Below are positions 49,989 to 60,139 of a stretch of DNA of 64,000 nucleotides, in pieces. The stretch lies in the NCBI GenBank assembly GCA_026169535.1, contig JAPFCU010000061.1, positions 39,538 to 103,537 of the forward strand. Reading direction: 5' to 3'. The stretch's first letter is position 1, and each line of letters starts with the position of its first letter. The notes under the pieces were generated by a model that saw only the letters and a list, made by a program, of their open reading frames with translations, made no database searches and was not told the DNA's origin. The position numbers and the translations under genes were made by a program. Source of the stretch: Blautia sp. (GTDB lineage: Bacteria; Bacillota; Clostridia; Lachnospirales; Lachnospiraceae).

Positions 49989-50696
49989 ATGAAAATACCA
50001 AATCATATTGCCATCATTCTGGATGGAAATGGGAGATGGGCTAAGGCAAAAGGCATGCCAAGAGGCTATGGGCATGTAAAGGGCTGTGCAAATCTTGAAA
50101 CTATCTGTGAAGATATCAAAGACCTTGGAGTGAAATATCTGACTGTTTATGCTTTTTCTACAGAAAACTGGAAACGGTCAAAAGAGGAAGTGGATGGGCT
50201 GATGAAGCTGTTCCGCAATTACCTGAAGAAATGCAAGAAAATTTCGGAAAAAAATAAAATGCGTGTAAAGGTTATTGGTGATATTTCCGCTTTTGATAAA
50301 GATATACAGGACAGCGTCACAGAACTTGAAGAGTTTTCGAAGGATTATGATGAATTGTTTTTCCAGATTGCATTAAATTACGGAAGCCGGGATGAGATCG
50401 TCCGGGGAGTACGTAGACTTGCAAGGGATGCAGCGGATGGAAAGCTTGTACCGGAGGAAATCAATGAAAAAGTATTTGAAAGCTATCTGGATACGGCAGG
50501 GATACCGGATCCGGATCTTATGATACGAACCAGCGGAGAACAGAGGTTATCCAACTATCTTTTGTGGCAGCTTGCATATACGGAGTTTTACTTTACTGAT
50601 GTTGCATGGCCTGATTTTCATAAGCCAGAGCTTTTGCAGGCTATTGAGAAATATAATGAAAGAGACCGCAGATATGGCGGTGTGAAGGAGGCATAG
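49989..50696 (+). CDS. uppS: Undecaprenyl diphosphate synthase
   Basis: ILDGNGRWA, FSTENWKRS, IRTSGEQRLSNYLLWQ. Confidence 0.97.
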   Translation: MKIPNHIAIILDGNGRWAKAKGMPRGYGHVKGCANLETICEDIKDLGVKYLTVYAFSTENWKRSKEEVDGLMKLFRNYLKKCKKISEKNKMRVKVIGDISAFDKDIQDSVTELEEFSKDYDELFFQIALNYGSRDEIVRGVRRLARDAADGKLVPEEINEKVFESYLDTAGIPDPDLMIRTSGEQRLSNYLLWQLAYTEFYFTDVAWPDFHKPELLQAIEKYNERDRRYGGVKEA

Positions 50697-50699
50697 GCA

Positions 50700-51494
50700 A
50701 TGTTTAAAACAAGACTGTTAAGCGGGATTCTTCTGGTCATTATTGCTTTTGTAACAATTATGTCAGGAGATTATGTGCTTCTGCTTACGCTGCTGGCTGT
50801 TTCTCTTATTGGAATGCGTGAATTGTACAGTGCTATGGGCGTTCATAAAAAAGGAACAGATCTTCTGGAGCTTGCAGGGTATCTGGGGGCAGTTATGTAT
50901 TATGGAATGATATTTCTTGATTTTGAGAAATATGGAATGATGGCTGTGATCCTTTCTCTGGTGCTTCTGATGTTTGTCTATGTGTTTTTATATCCCAAAT
51001 ATCATGCAGATGAAATTATGTCAGCTTTTTTTGGTTTGGTGTATGTGGCAGTGATGCTTTCCTTTATTCTTCTCACCCGAAATCTGGAAAACGGAAAGAT
51101 CCTTGTATGGCTGATCTTCTTTTGCTCCTGGGGTTGTGATACCTGTGCTTACTGTGTGGGAATGCTTATTGGAAAACATAAGATGGCTCCTGTATTAAGT
51201 CCGAAAAAATCTGTTGAAGGTGCAGTCGGAGGCGTTGCCGGTGCAGCGGCACTGGGCGCGATCTATGCGGCGGCGACGCACGCCCCGGCTTTGGAATATG
51301 CTGTGATCTGTGCAGTGGGTGCATTGATTTCTATGGTAGGGGATCTGGCAGCTTCTGCCATTAAGAGAAATAAAGGGATTAAAGATTATGGAAAACTGAT
51401 CCCCGGACATGGCGGTATCCTGGATCGTTTTGACAGCGTGATTTTTACTGCTCCGGTTATTTATTATCTGTCAAAAATCATTCTGGGATTATAG
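50700..51494 (+). CDS. cdsA: Phosphatidate cytidylyltransferase
   Basis: SPKKSVEG, KDYGKLIPGHGGILDRFDS. Confidence 0.96.
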   Translation: MFKTRLLSGILLVIIAFVTIMSGDYVLLLTLLAVSLIGMRELYSAMGVHKKGTDLLELAGYLGAVMYYGMIFLDFEKYGMMAVILSLVLLMFVYVFLYPKYHADEIMSAFFGLVYVAVMLSFILLTRNLENGKILVWLIFFCSWGCDTCAYCVGMLIGKHKMAPVLSPKKSVEGAVGGVAGAAALGAIYAAATHAPALEYAVICAVGALISMVGDLAASAIKRNKGIKDYGKLIPGHGGILDRFDSVIFTAPVIYYLSKIILGL

Positions 51495-51536
51495 CATATA
51501 TATTTTCTGAAGAAGTATATAAGGAGTTAAAGTAAT

Positions 51537-52679
51537 ATGAAAAAAATTGCGATTTTGGGTTCTACAGGATCTATTGGAACTCAGACACTGGATGTGGTTC
51601 GTGCGAATGGCGATATTCAGGTAATGGGAATCAGCGCCGGACGCAATATAAAGAAACTGGAGGAACAGGCAAGAGAATTTTCTCCTAAACTTGTTGCTGT
51701 GTGGGATGAAAAAGCTGCAGAGGATCTGAAAGTAAGGCTTCATGATACAGATATCAAAATTGTGTCAGGGATGGAAGGGCTTCTGGAACTGGCTTCTATG
51801 GAGGAAGTGGAAATCCTGGTTACTGCTATTGTCGGTATGCTGGGAATACGTCCTACGATCCAGGCAATCCGTTCAGGGAAAGATATTGCACTTGCAAATA
51901 AAGAAACACTTGTAACAGCAGGTCATCTGATCATGCCTATGGCAGAAAAATACGGGGTAAAGATATTGCCGGTTGACAGTGAACACAGTGCTGTTTTTCA
52001 GGCTTTAAACGGAGAATCAAGGAAAGAGATCCATAAGCTTCTGATCACCGCTTCAGGAGGACCGTTTAGAGGAAGAAAGCGTGCAGACCTGGAAAAGGCA
52101 ACTCTTGCTGATACATTGAGGCATCCAAACTGGGTGATGGGACAGAAAATCACGGTGGATTCGGCAACTCTAGTTAATAAAGGGCTGGAGGTAATGGAAG
52201 CAAAATGGCTTTTTGATGTAGAACTGGATCAGATCCAGGTGGTAGTCCAGCCTCAAAGTGTGATACATTCCATGGTGGAGTTTGAAGACGGAGGGATTAT
52301 GGCCCAGCTTGGCACTCCGGATATGCGGCTTCCTATCCAGTATGCCCTTTACTATCCTCATAGAAGATATCTGGATGGGGATCGTCTTGACTTTGCGAAG
52401 CTTGGACAGATTACATTTGAAGAACCGGATATGGAAACTTTTCTGGGTCTCCCCATGGCAATCCAGGCGGCCAGAGAGGGAGGAAGTATGCCGACTGTGT
52501 TTAATGCGGCAAATGAACTTGCAGTGCGTAAATTCCTTCATGAGGAGATTGGTTTTCTGGATATTTATGATATTATCGGGCAGTCTATGGAAAGACATAA
52601 AAAGCAGGAGGCCCCTGATCTGGACGAAATTCTTGCAGTAGAAAACGAGACATATCAGTGGATTGAAAGCAGGTGGTAA
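51537..52679 (+). CDS. dxr: 1-deoxy-D-xylulose 5-phosphate reductoisomerase
   Basis: LGSTGSIG, LANKE, PVDSEHSA, NKGLE. Confidence 0.97.
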   Translation: MKKIAILGSTGSIGTQTLDVVRANGDIQVMGISAGRNIKKLEEQAREFSPKLVAVWDEKAAEDLKVRLHDTDIKIVSGMEGLLELASMEEVEILVTAIVGMLGIRPTIQAIRSGKDIALANKETLVTAGHLIMPMAEKYGVKILPVDSEHSAVFQALNGESRKEIHKLLITASGGPFRGRKRADLEKATLADTLRHPNWVMGQKITVDSATLVNKGLEVMEAKWLFDVELDQIQVVVQPQSVIHSMVEFEDGGIMAQLGTPDMRLPIQYALYYPHRRYLDGDRLDFAKLGQITFEEPDMETFLGLPMAIQAAREGGSMPTVFNAANELAVRKFLHEEIGFLDIYDIIGQSMERHKKQEAPDLDEILAVENETYQWIESRW

Positions 52680-52680
52680 A

Positions 52681-53964
52681 TTGAAGATTCTGATTGCCGT
52701 AATTATATTTAGTGCGATCATCATCATACATGAGCTGGGACATTTTCTCCTTGCAAAGAAAAACGGGATTGTAGTAACTGAGTTTTCCCTGGGTATGGGA
52801 CCAAGATTGTTCAGTACCCAAAAAGGGGAAACAAGATATTCAGTGAAACTGTTTCCGATTGGTGGATCCTGCGCTATGCTTGGGGAGGATACCGGGGAGG
52901 AGCTTCCCGGAACCTTTAATTCGGCTCCTGTATGGGGACGTATTTCTGTGGTAGCAGCAGGGCCGGTATTCAATTTTATTCTGGCGTTTATTCTTTCTGT
53001 GGTAATTACTGCGTTTGTAGGATATGATCCGGCAGAAATCATGGAAGTAGAAGGAGGATCCCCGGCAGCGGAGGCTGGTCTCCGGAAAGGAGATATCATC
53101 ACAGAATATGACGGGTATCATATTGATGTTGCCCGTGATCTGTATGTATATTCTTTTTTAAATGAACTGCAGGAAAAACCGGTGACCCTGAAGGTAAAAC
53201 GGAACGGCGAAGAAAAAACAATAACTTTTACTCCGGATGTTTCTGTCAGATATCTTTTGGGATTTAATCGTGTGGGAACAGATTCTATGGAGGTGGATTC
53301 CCTGATCGAGGGTATGCCCTTAGAGGCGGCAGGAGTACAGGCGGGAGATGTGATCACTTCTATCAATGGAACTCCGATTCCGGATGGAGCAGCATACGAG
53401 GCTTATATTGCAGAGAATCCTTTGGGAAATGAATCGGTGGATATCACTTATGACCGCGACGGTCTGGAATATGATGCAACAGTGACTCCGAAAGAATATC
53501 GGACTCCAAAGCCCGGATTTTCTTATAATATGGGATATATAAAGACGAATGGTTTTCAGGTTCTGAAATATGCGGCTCTGGATGTGAAGTATATGATCCG
53601 TACTACCCTGCTGAGTCTTAAAGAACTGGTTACAGGAGGACTCGGGGTTCAGGATCTAAGCGGTCCGGTAGGTGTGGTAGATGCTATTGGCACCACTTAT
53701 GAGCAGAGCAAAGAGGAAGGTGCTTTGATGCTGTGGATGAATATGCTGAATATGGCAGTCCTTCTTTCTGCCAATCTGGGTGTAATGAATCTTCTTCCTC
53801 TTCCGGCACTTGATGGAGGCCGTCTGGTATTTTTACTGATCGAAGCTGTTCGTAAAAAGCCTGTGAACCGTGAAGTGGAGGGCATGGTCCATTTTGCCGG
53901 ACTGATGCTCCTGATGGCATTGATGGTGTTTGTAATGTACAATGATTTCTTGAAAATATTCTGA
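52681..53964 (+). CDS. rseP: RIP metalloprotease RseP (two PDZ domains)
   Basis: HELGH, AGPVFN, NLLPLPALDGG; TTG start. Confidence 0.95.
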   Translation: MKILIAVIIFSAIIIIHELGHFLLAKKNGIVVTEFSLGMGPRLFSTQKGETRYSVKLFPIGGSCAMLGEDTGEELPGTFNSAPVWGRISVVAAGPVFNFILAFILSVVITAFVGYDPAEIMEVEGGSPAAEAGLRKGDIITEYDGYHIDVARDLYVYSFLNELQEKPVTLKVKRNGEEKTITFTPDVSVRYLLGFNRVGTDSMEVDSLIEGMPLEAAGVQAGDVITSINGTPIPDGAAYEAYIAENPLGNESVDITYDRDGLEYDATVTPKEYRTPKPGFSYNMGYIKTNGFQVLKYAALDVKYMIRTTLLSLKELVTGGLGVQDLSGPVGVVDAIGTTYEQSKEEGALMLWMNMLNMAVLLSANLGVMNLLPLPALDGGRLVFLLIEAVRKKPVNREVEGMVHFAGLMLLMALMVFVMYNDFLKIF

Positions 53965-53973
53965 GGGAGAAAT

Positions 53974-55263
53974 GTGAAAAAGTCATACCGTATCCGTGTG
54001 GCTGCTGTATTTCTGACAGCTCTGGTGCTCTTATGCAGCACCGGAGCTTTATGCATTTATAAAAAGGAAAAAACACAGCAGCGTATAAAAGAAGAACAAC
54101 AGATTGAAAGAGAGAAAAAGGAAGCGCAGAAAAAGGAAGAAGAGCAGAAGCAGCGGCAGGAAAAAGCTGAAAAGGAACGCCTGAAGCAGGAATATGAGAA
54201 AAAACTACAGGCGCAGAGGGAGGCAGAAGAAAAGGCTAAGGCAGATGCCCGTATGAATATGATAGAGTCTCTTCTGAGGAAACTTTATGATCCTTTTGCA
54301 GATTCAGTTGCCATGAATACTGCTAAAAATGTAAAAATATTCCAGGATGCCCAGAATGAAATGTGGAAACTTCCAGAGAAGTATTCAGATGAGCTTTCAG
54401 AATATCAGAAGATTGTCAGTCGGATTTCGGAGGAATGGGATTACAAAAATGATGAATATCATTATGAGACCAGTACTTTAAAGGTTTCTGTAGAACAAAA
54501 GGATACCGGTTATACCAGATACTGGATCTGTCATGTGGAGACTTTCAGTACGCAGCAGTTATGTTCGGCACTCTGTGGAGGAACCTACGGGAATCCGAGA
54601 CGTACCGTTTCTGAAGAACTGGCTGATCATAACGGTGTGATAGGTGTGAATGGAAGTGCTTTTTCCTATGGAAGCGGGATTCCGGCTCCGGGAAAGACTA
54701 TGATCAAAAATGGAAAAGTTTATAATGATGTTTATTCCAATGGGAATATTTTTTGTGTTACCCAGGATGGAGGGATGTTTACTGCTGCGGCAGGTATGAC
54801 CACCGAAGATATGCTGAACCGTGGAGTTAGAGATACATATTGTTTTGGACCTACTTTAGTGGAAAATGGAAAGGCAGTAGAAATTTCCGGTCAGTTCCGC
54901 CAGACTGCGCGGTATCAGCGGACGGCAGTAGGAATGGTCAGCCCGGGAGATTATTATCTGGTAGCAGTTGATGGAAAAGGTGCAGGAGGATCCCAGGGAA
55001 TGACATACCAGGAGCTTCAGAAGGTGTTTACAGATCTTGGATGCGAGTATGCTTATCATCTGGATGGAGGAGGGTCTACAACGCTTGTGTTTAAGGGGCG
55101 TGTGCTGAATATGCTTACCGATGGAGGAAAGGAACGTCCCTGCGGAGATATACTGTATTTTATTGATGTGGGAGATGGGGGAGAAGGAGACGGCATCATA
55201 ATTCATGAAAACGAGGCCATGATCCGCCCGTCAGGCAGAAATACCAGTTCCAGTTTTCAGTAA
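53974..55263 (+). CDS. Membrane-anchored phosphodiester glycosidase (NAGPA-like) with coiled-coil stalk
   Basis: GVNGS, FGPTLVENG, RTAVG, VDG, LDGGGST; N-terminal TM and E/K/Q-rich coil. Confidence 0.82.
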   Translation: MKKSYRIRVAAVFLTALVLLCSTGALCIYKKEKTQQRIKEEQQIEREKKEAQKKEEEQKQRQEKAEKERLKQEYEKKLQAQREAEEKAKADARMNMIESLLRKLYDPFADSVAMNTAKNVKIFQDAQNEMWKLPEKYSDELSEYQKIVSRISEEWDYKNDEYHYETSTLKVSVEQKDTGYTRYWICHVETFSTQQLCSALCGGTYGNPRRTVSEELADHNGVIGVNGSAFSYGSGIPAPGKTMIKNGKVYNDVYSNGNIFCVTQDGGMFTAAAGMTTEDMLNRGVRDTYCFGPTLVENGKAVEISGQFRQTARYQRTAVGMVSPGDYYLVAVDGKGAGGSQGMTYQELQKVFTDLGCEYAYHLDGGGSTTLVFKGRVLNMLTDGGKERPCGDILYFIDVGDGGEGDGIIIHENEAMIRPSGRNTSSSFQ

Positions 55264-55293
55264 AATGACAGAGAGATTTTTTGCCGGAGATTT

Positions 55294-55322
55294 GTATAAT
55301 AAAAGGATTTTGGGCATACAAT
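55294..55322 (+). promoter_or_regulatory. Putative sporulation (sigma-E-like) promoter
   Basis: GTATAAT-N14-CATACAAT upstream of the SleC-like gene. Confidence 0.45.
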
Positions 55323-55350
55323 TCTGTAAAAATGTTTTGGGGTAAATGGA

Positions 55351-56640
55351 ATGGTTCAGATATATCCATACAGGAATGAACGTAAGGTCAGAATGCAGCA
55401 GGAACAGACGGATCAGGGAAAACTGCAGGTTACAGTTCTTACGGAAGACGGAACCCGGCCGGTAGAAAACGCAATGGTGAGAATTTCCTATACAGGAGTA
55501 CCGGATAGTGTTCTGGAGGAGGTAAGAACAGATTCTTCCGGTCAGACTCCGATTCTGGATCTGAAGACTCCTCCTCTGGAATACAGTATGGAGCCATCAG
55601 AACAGCAGCCTTATGCGGAATATACAGTTCAAATCCAGGCAGAGGGATTTGAACAGGAAGAAATTGCAGGTACTGAAGTTTTACCTGGTGTACTGGCGCA
55701 GCAGCCGGTGCGCCTGAAATTTCAGTCCAGACAGGAGTTTGATCGTATTGTGATCGGCCCCCATACGCTTTTTGGGGAATACCCGCCTAAAAATACGGAA
55801 TCAGAGATAAAAACAGTAACAGAAACAGGAGAGATTGTTTTAAGTAAGGTGGTGATTCCGGAGTATGTCGTAGTTCATGATGGACCTGTGGGGGATTCTT
55901 CGGCTCAGAATTATTATGTGCGGTACAAAGATTATATCAAAAATGTAGCCAGCAGCGAAATTTATGCTACCTGGCCGGCAGATTCTATCAGGGCAAATGT
56001 CCTTGCCATCATGTCTTTTACGTTGAATCGCGTATATACAGAATGGTACCGGAATAAAGGGTATGATTTTACGATTACTTCATCTACAGCATATGATCAT
56101 AAATGGATTTATGGAAGAAATGTATTCGACAGCATTTCGAACATTGTGGATGAGCTTTTTGAAAATTATCTGTCCAGGCCGGATGTACGGCAGCCTATCC
56201 TTACTCAGTATTGTGATGGTCGCCAGGTCCAGTGCCGGGACAGAGGCTGGATGACCCAGTGGGGCAGCAAAACCCTGGCTGATCAGGGATATTCGCCAAT
56301 TGAGATCCTGCGGTATTTTTATGGCAATGATATATATATTAATGTGGCAGAAGAGGTGTCTGGAGTTCCTGCTTCCTGGCCAGGCTATGATCTGAATATC
56401 GGTTCTACAGGAGTTAAGGTAAGACAGCTTCAGGAACAGATCAACGGGATTGCAGAAGCTTATCCGGCAGTGCCCAGGATAACTGCAGATGGAATCTATG
56501 GACAGAGAACATCTGAAGCAGTGAAACAGATTCAGAACATATTTGGACTTCCTCAGACCGGGATAACAGATTATCCCACCTGGTATAAGATCCAGGAAAT
56601 CTATGTAGGCGTAAGCCGGATCGCAGAGCTGAACGGATAA
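55351..56640 (+). CDS. sleC: Spore cortex-lytic enzyme SleC-like (SpoIID domain + PG-binding domain)
   Basis: IPEYVVVHDG, DYIKNVASSEIYATWP, ITSSTAYD, YCDG, ADGIYG..T..AV...Q. Confidence 0.82.
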   Translation: MVQIYPYRNERKVRMQQEQTDQGKLQVTVLTEDGTRPVENAMVRISYTGVPDSVLEEVRTDSSGQTPILDLKTPPLEYSMEPSEQQPYAEYTVQIQAEGFEQEEIAGTEVLPGVLAQQPVRLKFQSRQEFDRIVIGPHTLFGEYPPKNTESEIKTVTETGEIVLSKVVIPEYVVVHDGPVGDSSAQNYYVRYKDYIKNVASSEIYATWPADSIRANVLAIMSFTLNRVYTEWYRNKGYDFTITSSTAYDHKWIYGRNVFDSISNIVDELFENYLSRPDVRQPILTQYCDGRQVQCRDRGWMTQWGSKTLADQGYSPIEILRYFYGNDIYINVAEEVSGVPASWPGYDLNIGSTGVKVRQLQEQINGIAEAYPAVPRITADGIYGQRTSEAVKQIQNIFGLPQTGITDYPTWYKIQEIYVGVSRIAELNG

Positions 56641-56694
56641 AATATTACAAAGTAATAAAACATTCATGAAAAATAAAAAAATTTAAAAAAACTA

Positions 56695-56723
56695 TTGACT
56701 TTATCTGCCAGGTTTGATATACT
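56695..56723 (+). promoter_or_regulatory. Promoter of tRNA-Leu copy 1
   Basis: TTGACT-17-TATACT with TG extension. Confidence 0.8.
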
Positions 56724-56771
56724 ACAATTCGTCGCGAGGGAGAGATAAAGAATCCCGAAGGAATGCGATAT

Positions 56772-56856
56772 GCGGAAGTGTCGGAACTGGCAGACGAGCA
56801 AGACTAAGGATCTTGTGAGCAATGCGCTCGTGTGGGTTCAAGTCCCATCTTCCGCA
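56772..56856 (+). tRNA. tRNA-Leu (anticodon AAG), copy 1
   Basis: Acceptor GCGGAAG/CTTCCGC+A; anticodon arm CAAGA-CT[AAG]GA-TCTTG; long variable arm; GGTTCAAGTCC T-arm; CCA not encoded. Confidence 0.95.
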
Positions 56857-56871
56857 TTTTTTATTTCACTG

Positions 56872-56900
56872 AAAAGGACTGCGGAAGCAGTTCTTTTTTT
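56872..56900 (+). terminator. Terminator after tRNA copy 1
   Basis: AAAAGGACTGC-GGAA-GCAGTTCTTTTTTT. Confidence 0.75.
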
Positions 56901-56976
56901 GCAGAAATCTGAGAAATGTCGATTTTGAATGAAAAATATAAAAAATAAAATTTTTTAAAAAATTTATCAAAAAGTG

Positions 56977-57005
56977 TTGACTTTGAAGAAAATCTTTGAT
57001 ATACT
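56977..57005 (+). promoter_or_regulatory. Promoter of tRNA-Leu copy 2
   Basis: TTGACT-17-TATACT with TG extension. Confidence 0.8.
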
Positions 57006-57054
57006 ACAATTCGTCGCGAGGGAGAGATAAAAGAATCCCAAAGAAATGCGATAT

Positions 57055-57139
57055 GCGGAAGTGTCGGAACTGGCAGACGAGCAAGACTAAGGATCTTGTG
57101 AGCAATGCGCTCGTGTGGGTTCAAGTCCCATCTTCCGCA
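57055..57139 (+). tRNA. tRNA-Leu (anticodon AAG), copy 2
   Basis: Identical to copy 1, 283 bp downstream; anticodon at 57089-57091. Confidence 0.95.
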
Positions 57140-57276
57140 TTTTTTTATGTCTAAAAACATCCTTCCCTGTCGGGAAAAAATATCCACTATTATTTTTTGA
57201 AAAAAAGAGGAATTTGAAACTTTGTGTAGAATATAATTAATAAGAGGTATTTTGTCAGTCTGTGGAGGGATTGCCT

Positions 57277-58284
57277 ATGAATATCAGAGAGAACATGGAA
57301 CAGAGAGAACTGGAACTTTTGAGTCCTTATGCCTCGCACAGTATCCATTCCCGGGGAAGGGAGAGGCAGGAAGAGGAATGTGATGTCCGTACGGTTTACC
57401 AGCGGGACAGAGACAGGATTCTTCATTGTAAGGCGTTTCGAAGGCTGAAGGACAAGACTCAGGTGTTTCTTGCTCCTCAGGGGGACCATTACAGAAACCG
57501 TCTGACTCATACACTTGAAGTTTCTCAGATTGCCCGGACTTTAGCGAAGGCCCTGCGCCTTAATGAAGATCTGGTGGAGGCTATTGCATTGGGGCATGAT
57601 TTGGGACACACACCCTTTGGTCATGCCGGAGAAAAAGCACTGAATGAGATCAGTCCGGGTGGATTTGTACACTATAGGCAGAGTGCCCGTGTTGTGCAGG
57701 TTCTGGAAAAGAACGGAGAGGGTCTGAATCTTACCTGGGAAGTCATTGACGGTATTTTAAACCACCGTACCAGTGGTCATCCATCTACACTTGAGGGGCA
57801 GGTTGTACGGTTTTCAGATAAGCTGGCATATCTTCATCACGATATGGACGATGCCCAGAGAGCTGGGATCATCACAGAGGATGATATTCCCGTTACCATG
57901 CGTATGCTCTTAGGATATACCACAAGAGAACGGCTGAATACCTTTGTACATGACATTATAGAAAACAGTATGGATAAAGACTGTATACAGATGTCAGACG
58001 AGATACAGGAGGCTTTGATGGATCTTAGGGAGCTGATGTTCCGAAGTGTCTACAATCATCATGAAGCCAAACGGGAGGAAGAGAAAGCCATTAATATGCT
58101 GAAGGAACTTTATCAGTATTACATACAGCATCCGGAGGCAATGTCCAGAGAGTACAGAGAACTTCTGGCAAAAGGAGAAACCGTGGACCGTGCTGTCTGT
58201 GATTATCTTTCAGGAATGACAGACCAGTATTCTATGGCAAAATTTCGGGAGCTTTTTATCCCTCAGTCCTGGGACAGCTATTAA
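57277..58284 (+). CDS. dgt: dGTP triphosphohydrolase-like HD protein
   Basis: RDRDRI, RRLKDKTQVF, RLTHTLEV, HDLGHTPFGHAGE, GMTD. Confidence 0.92.
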   Translation: MNIRENMEQRELELLSPYASHSIHSRGRERQEEECDVRTVYQRDRDRILHCKAFRRLKDKTQVFLAPQGDHYRNRLTHTLEVSQIARTLAKALRLNEDLVEAIALGHDLGHTPFGHAGEKALNEISPGGFVHYRQSARVVQVLEKNGEGLNLTWEVIDGILNHRTSGHPSTLEGQVVRFSDKLAYLHHDMDDAQRAGIITEDDIPVTMRMLLGYTTRERLNTFVHDIIENSMDKDCIQMSDEIQEALMDLRELMFRSVYNHHEAKREEEKAINMLKELYQYYIQHPEAMSREYRELLAKGETVDRAVCDYLSGMTDQYSMAKFRELFIPQSWDSY

Positions 58285-58297
58285 ATAACAGAGGAGG

Positions 58298-60100
58298 ATG
58301 TCTATGCGCTATTCAGACGATATCATTGAGGAAGTACGAAGCAAAAATGATATTGTAGACGTAGTATCCCAATATGTAAAACTTACAAGAAAGGGAAGTT
58401 CTTATTTTGGGCTTTGTCCCTTTCATAATGAAAAAACACCGTCCTTTTCCGTGACGCCAGGCAAGCAGATGTACTATTGTTTTGGATGCGGAGCAGGAGG
58501 GAATGTATTCAACTTTATCATGGAATATGAAAACTATACCTTTGGAGAAGCTCTGAAACATCTGGCTGACCGCGCAGGAGTGGAACTTCCAAAAATAGAA
58601 TATTCCAAGGAGGTTCGCCAGAAAGCCCAGGAAAAGGCTGAGCTTCTGGAAATTAATAAACAGGCAGCGCAGTATTTTTATTATCAACTCCGTACAGACA
58701 AAGGATACAGGGGATACGAATATCTGAAAGAACGTGGCTTAAGCGACGAGACTATGAGGAAGTTCGGTCTGGGATATTCAGATAAATTCAGCGATGGTCT
58801 CTACCGTTTTTTAAAGTCAAAAGGTTATTCTGATGAACGTTTGAGAGAATCCGGGCTTTTTAATGTGGATGAGCGCCATGGTATGTATGATAAATTCTGG
58901 AACAGGGTTATTTTTCCCATTATGGATGTAAATAACCGGGTTATTGGTTTCGGGGGAAGAGTCATGGGTGATGCGAAGCCCAAGTATCTGAATTCACCGG
59001 AAACAAAGATATTTGACAAAAGCCGGAACCTTTACGGATTGAATATTGCCCGGACTGCCAGGCGGAACTATCTGATCCTGTGTGAAGGATATATGGATGT
59101 GATAGCCATGCATCAGGCGGGCTTTAACAATGCGGTAGCTTCACTGGGAACAGCTCTGACTTCCGGTCATGCCAGTCTTTTAAAAAGATATACGCAGGAA
59201 GTACTGCTGCTTTATGACAGCGATGAAGCCGGAATACGGGCGGCTCTTCGCGGGATCCCTATTCTTCGGGAGGCAGGAGTGAATTCCAGGGTCGTAAGTT
59301 TGAAACCCTATAAAGACCCAGATGAATTTATTAAAAATATGGGACCTGAAGCATTTGAAAAGAGGCTTGACGAGGCAAAGGACAGTTTTTTGTTCAGAGT
59401 AAGTGTTGCTGAAGATGAGTTTCCTATGGATGAACCGCAGGGACAGAACCGGTTCTTCGAACGATGTGCAGAAATGCTTTTAGAGCTGAAAGATGAGCTG
59501 GAACGAAATCTTTACATTGATGCTGTCGTTAAAATATATAGAGGACGTTACGGAATCAGCAGTGAAGATTTAAGAAAAAGGGTAAATACTCTGGCGCTTA
59601 AGGGAACGCCTGCAGAGCATCGGATACAGCCAAAATCCGGAACTTCTGAAAAAAAGAAGAGGGAATCTGCTTCTGATACTTCCCAGAAACTGATGCTTAC
59701 CTGGCTTGTGACCTATCCTGGGATTTTTGATAAGGTAGCACAGTATCTGACACCGGAGGACTTTGTGGTACCTCTTTATCGGGAAGTGGCGCAGATGCTG
59801 TTTCAGCAGAGGCAAGAGGGGGAAGTAAATCCGGCCCGTCTTCTGAATAGTTTTCCGGACAGTGAGGAACAGAGAGAGGTAGCCTCTCTTTTCAATGCCT
59901 CGATTCATCTGGAGAACCAGCAGGAACAGGACAGGGCTTTTGCAGATACTCTTCTCAGGATCAAGCAGGAAAGTCTTGCAGAAAAAAACAGAAACTGGGA
60001 TCCGATGGATCTCCAGGGACTGCAGAAACTTGTAAAAGCAAAAAAAGAATTGGAGGATCTTGGCAGAAAACGCCAGGAACTGCATATTTCTTTTGAATAA
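58298..60100 (+). CDS. dnaG: DNA primase
   Basis: CPFHNEKTPSF..CFGC zinc finger, KYLNSPET, EGYMDV, YDSDEAG, KDPD. Confidence 0.98.
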   Translation: MSMRYSDDIIEEVRSKNDIVDVVSQYVKLTRKGSSYFGLCPFHNEKTPSFSVTPGKQMYYCFGCGAGGNVFNFIMEYENYTFGEALKHLADRAGVELPKIEYSKEVRQKAQEKAELLEINKQAAQYFYYQLRTDKGYRGYEYLKERGLSDETMRKFGLGYSDKFSDGLYRFLKSKGYSDERLRESGLFNVDERHGMYDKFWNRVIFPIMDVNNRVIGFGGRVMGDAKPKYLNSPETKIFDKSRNLYGLNIARTARRNYLILCEGYMDVIAMHQAGFNNAVASLGTALTSGHASLLKRYTQEVLLLYDSDEAGIRAALRGIPILREAGVNSRVVSLKPYKDPDEFIKNMGPEAFEKRLDEAKDSFLFRVSVAEDEFPMDEPQGQNRFFERCAEMLLELKDELERNLYIDAVVKIYRGRYGISSEDLRKRVNTLALKGTPAEHRIQPKSGTSEKKKRESASDTSQKLMLTWLVTYPGIFDKVAQYLTPEDFVVPLYREVAQMLFQQRQEGEVNPARLLNSFPDSEEQREVASLFNASIHLENQQEQDRAFADTLLRIKQESLAEKNRNWDPMDLQGLQKLVKAKKELEDLGRKRQELHISFE

Positions 60101-60139
60101 GGATAAAATATAAATACTATATGGAGGGATTAAGCACCT

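Noticed and set aside
56772-57139. tRNA duplication as attL/attR of an integrated element
   Set aside because: Both copies are complete with their own promoters; only about 200 bp between them and no integrase
56861-57187. 108-aa minus-strand ORF
   Set aside because: Antisense to tRNA-Leu copy 2 and its promoter
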